Assembly: GCA_030390025.1 (NCBI GenBank)
Contig: CM059432.1
Location: 14,138,001 to 14,202,000 of the forward strand
Direction of reading: 5' to 3'
Length of the DNA stretch: 64,000 bases
Source: Squalus acanthias
Lineage: Eukaryota
The notes under the pieces are model-generated. The model saw only the letters and a program-made list of their open reading frames with translations. It was not told the DNA's origin and did no database searches. Both the position numbers and the translations under genes were made by a program. Positions 60,213-64,000 of the stretch are shown in pieces; within the stretch, counting starts at the first letter, position 1, and each line of letters begins with the position of its first letter.

Positions 60213-63200
60213 ATAACATAAGAACATAAGAAATAGGAGCTGGAGTCGGCCATTCGGCCCCTCGAGCCTGCTCCGCCATTCAATGAGATCATGGCTGATC
60301 TTCCACCTCAACTCCACCTTCCCGCACTATCCCTATATTCCTTAATTCCCTTAGTTCCCAAAAATTTATTGACCTCTGTCTTGAATATACTCAATGACTG
60401 AGCATCCACAGCTCTCTGGAGTAGAGTTCCAAAGATTCACAAGCCTTTCAGTGAAGAAATTTCTCCTCATCTCAGTCCTAAATGGCCGACCCTTTATTCT
60501 GATACTGTGACCCCGTGTTCTAGACTCCCCAGCCTGGGAAACATTTTCTCAGCATTAACCCTGTCAAGCCTCTTAAGAATTTTATATGTTTCAATTAGAT
60601 CACCTCTCATTCTTCTAAACTCTGGGGAATATAGGCCTACTCTACTCAATCTCTCCTCATAGGGCACTCCCTTGTAGGTGGTTTGCTTTGGTGGTTCGAA
60701 TCACCCCTCCTACTTAGTTCTAGACGACAGGAATTACGGTGAACAGGATTGGGACACAGACAAGCTTTTCGGACTCAACCGTACGGTGTTTAATAAGGTT
60801 AACACACACACCCGCCTCCGGTATGTAAAATGCCTGGTGGCGTAAAACAAACAGTACAACAATACAACTTGGCCCCTCGAACAGGCCCCTGTCTCGTATT
60901 AAGATGTCTAAAATCACACTGTGTTACTATACAGAGTATAACATGGACTTGTTCCACAAACCCCGGAACATACATTATATAATACACACACAACCTCCCC
61001 ACTAAGCCCCTCTGGATTGGTTGGGACACACAACACCCCCTCACACAGTACCGGTGGTCTTAAGGATGCGTGGGCTTGAACAATGCTCACCCCGATTGTC
61101 CGTTTTCTTGCTCGCTGCTTCCCTGTGTAGAGCGTGTCTCCTGGTTCCATATCGCCGATGCAGTATCCAAGTCCCAGTTTCGAGGTTCGTTCCTACAGTC
61201 GAAGAGCAAGGCGATGCTCTTGTCGCTCGTGGTGGTTTCTTCTCTCCGTCTCGGACGGAGTGCTCGGTTCTTGGTTCAGAGATGAGGGCACGCGAAGGCG
61301 AGAGCGAGCGAGAGAGAGCGAGAATGACCAAAGCTGCCTTCTCTTACACCCTAAAAGTTCATTAAGGTCTGTCTATTGCAGTGATGTCTTTTTAATCACC
61401 CTTCTTTGTCTGGTTTCCCGCCTTTCGGGGCTATCCCATCTAGGTGCTAGTGTTAATGGCAGATGATGGGCTGCACTTCTTACCCGATCCCGGGTTAAGT
61501 GGTTTCCCATTAGTTTCCAATGGCCCTCCTTTGTCCGGTTCCCGCCTTTCGGGGCTATCTCATTGTTTCCTGGAGAACTCTGTCTGTTCAGACATTCTCC
61601 CGTAATCAGTTTGTAGGCCTGGCTGGAATCTCCTGTCCATCACGAACACCTGAGCCCCTCCCATCTTCTCCAAACAGGCTGCTGGTCAATCAGCAGTAAC
61701 AATCATACAAAATGTCCGATACAAAAAATCCTTGGGGCCTGCGCTGATGCTTACACCCTCTAAGGCAAGTATGTCTTCCTTAGGTAAGGAGACCAGAACT
61801 GTACACAGTACTCCAGGTGTGGCCTCACCAATGCCCTGTATAATTGTAGTAAGACTTCTTTACTCTTATATTCTAATCCCTTTGTAACAAAAGCTAATAT
61901 ACCATTTGCTTTCCTAATTGCTTGCTGTAACTACATGTTAACTTTCAGTGATTCGTGTACGAGGACACAGAGGTCCCTCTGAATGCAAACATTTCCCAGT
62001 CTCTCACCAGTCATAAAATATTCTGCTTTTTTGTTTTTCCTACCAAAGTGGATAACTTCACACTTCCCCACATTGTACTCCATTTGCCATGTTCTTGCCC
62101 ATTCAGTCAACCTGTCTATATCTCTCTGCAGCCTCTTTGTGTCCTCCTCACAGATTACTTTCCCACCTAACTTTGTATCATCAGCAAACTTGGATACGTT
62201 ACACTCAGTCCCTTCATCTAAGTCATTAATATAGATTGTAAATAGCTGAGGCCCAAGCACTGATCCTTGCGGTACCCCGCTAGGTACAGCCTGCCAACTT
62301 GAAAAAGTCCCATTGATTCCTACTCTCTGTTTTCTGTCCATTAACCAATCCTCAATCCACGCTAATATATTACTCCCAATCCCATGAGTCCTAATTTTGT
62401 GTAATAACCTCTTGTGTGGCACCTTATCGAATGCCTTCTGAAAATCCAAATACACTACATCCTCTGGTTCCCCCTTATCCATCCTACCAGTTACATTTTC
62501 AAAAAACTTGAACAGATTTGTCAAACATGATTTCCCTTTCATAAAACCATGTTGACTCTGCCTAATCATATTACAAAGTGCCCTGTTACCACGTCCCTAA
62601 TAATAGATTCTAGCATTTTGCCTACTACTGATGTCAGGCTAACTGGCCTATAGTTCCCCATTTTTTCTCTTCCTCCTTTCTTAAATAGCGGGGTTATGTT
62701 TGCTACCTTCCAATCCTTGGGGACTGTTCTGAAATCTAGAGAATTCTGGAAGATTAATACCAGTGCATCCACTATCTCTGCAGCTACCTCTTTTAAAACC
62801 CTAGGATACAGGTCGTCAGGTCCAGGGGATTTGTCGCCACTTAGTCCCATTAATTTCTCCAGTACTATGTCTTTACTTATACTGATTTCTTTAAGTTCAT
62901 CATTCTCTCTAGACCCTTGGTTCCCCATTATTTCCGGAATGTTTTTTATGGCTTCTACCGTGAAAACAGATACATTATTTGTTTAATGTCTCTGCCATTT
63001 CCTTATTGCCCATTATAATTTCTCCTGTCTCTGTCTCTAATGGGCCCAAACTTACTTACTTTCACTAATCTCTTCCTATCTAGAAACGTTACAGTCTGTT
63101 TTTATGTCTCTTGCTAATTTACTCTCATATTCTTTTTTTCTCTTTCCTTATCAATTTCTTGGTCCTCCTTTGCTGAATTCTAAAATCCTCCCAATCCTCA

Positions 63201-63387
63201 GGCTTACTACTCTTTTTGGCAACATTATAAGCCTCTTCCTTTGATCTAATACTATCTTTAACTTCTCTTGTTAGTCACGGTTGGACCACTTTTCCTGTGG
63301 GGTTTTTGTGCCTTAAAGGAATGTATATTTGTTGTAAATTATGTATTAATTCTTTAAATGCTAGCCATTGCTTGTTTACCATCATAT
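60213..63387 (-). mobile_element. CR1 LINE, 5'-truncated
   Basis: RT ORFs 62566-62928 and 61931-62569; (cataagaa) tail at 60213; TSD ctttta at 60207-60212 and 63388-63393. Confidence 0.9.
60673..61755 (-). mobile_element. Solo LTR, 1083 bp
   Basis: TGTA...TACA termini; 4-bp TSD CCCT at 60669-60672 and 61756-61759; duplicated ~35-bp motif at ~61404 and ~61529; orientation inferred from ATTAAA on the minus strand near 60790. Confidence 0.85.
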
Positions 63388-64000
63388 CTTTTACAGTACA
63401 TTTGAAGTTGTAAACTCAACAGCTGGTTCAATGGCCACTGAACTCCCGCCTCAGCCTCACAGATGTGGTGCATGACCAGCGTGGACCCGATAGCAAAATA
63501 CTGCAGATGCTGGAAATCCGAAATAACAACAGAAAACGCTGGAAAAACTCAGCAGGCCAGGCAGCATCCGTGGAGAGAGAAAGAGAGTCCATGGACCCCA
63601 TGGACGAGCTGTCAAATGCAGAAGGTGAGCTGAAATTCATTCTTAAGTGGCTCTAAACAAGCCACTAATGACCTGAATTGGGTCCCCCGCTGTGAACCTG
63701 CTGCTGCATGTCGGGTCTGCTCAGCGACATCGGGGAAAGGCGCGTGTCAGCGGGTTCACAGAGGGGTCCCAACCCACTGGGGGGGAAAAAAAACACTTTC
63801 CCACCCGACCCGCCACCGATTGCGCCCGCTGACCCCACGGAAAATCTTGCCCGTTAACTCTGTTTCTCTCTCCACAGATGCTGCCTGACCTGCTGAGTAT
63901 TTCCAGCATTTTCTATTTTTATTTCAGATTTCCAGCATCCGCAGCATTTTGCTTTTCCACCTCTGTAATATCGCCCGTCTCCGCCCCTGCCTCAGCCCAC

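Larger units (their letters stand above)
58949..63852. mobile_element. Non-autonomous Harbinger element (same family as 4441-6205) with nested CR1, LTR and pLTR fragment
   Basis: TIRs GGCCGGGATTTT / AAAATCTTGCCC; 3-bp TSD GTT at 58946-58948 and 63853-63855. Confidence 0.88.
58828..63957. mobile_element. Inverted pair of Penelope-like pLTR segments (58828-58948 and 63853-63957) split by a Harbinger insertion
   Basis: The two arms are reverse complements; TSD cacctctg at 58820-58827 and 63958-63965; hammerhead core on the minus strand at 58893-58928. Confidence 0.82.
57181..64000 (+). mobile_element. L2 LINE host element (segments 57181-57449, 58069-58827, 63958-64000)
   Basis: QSGFRPFHSTEMAL..LSAAFDT.DH..GIPQGSILGPLLF..MYAGNTQLY; resumes after the cacctctg duplication. 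Confidence 0.82.

Overview
This is vertebrate genomic DNA, almost certainly from a cartilaginous fish (shark). The call rests on the repeat set: HER1-like CR1 LINEs, Deu-domain tRNA-SINEs, Penelope-like elements, Tx1, L2, Vingi and PIF/Harbinger-group DNA transposons. No host protein-coding exon, rRNA, genuine tRNA or CRISPR array can be supported. Most of the window is densely nested, decayed mobile elements, many with readable target-site duplications (TSDs). Main points: (1) Three copies of a ~750-bp non-coding, AT-flanked TIR element carry promoter-like motifs (NRF1, ETS, CCAAT, E-box), several perfect GTAAGT splice donors, and two hairpins with compensatory base changes between copies. 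(2) Minimal type I hammerhead ribozyme motifs occur in two Penelope-like families. (3) A full-length Tx1 LINE sits in the A-box of a tRNA-derived SINE with a 15-bp TSD. (4) A two-gene Harbinger element has lost the DDE core of its nuclease and is flanked by a 6-bp direct repeat. (5) There are two solo LTRs and a five-layer nested insertion stack. Family names come from motif recognition by eye; no database search was run.
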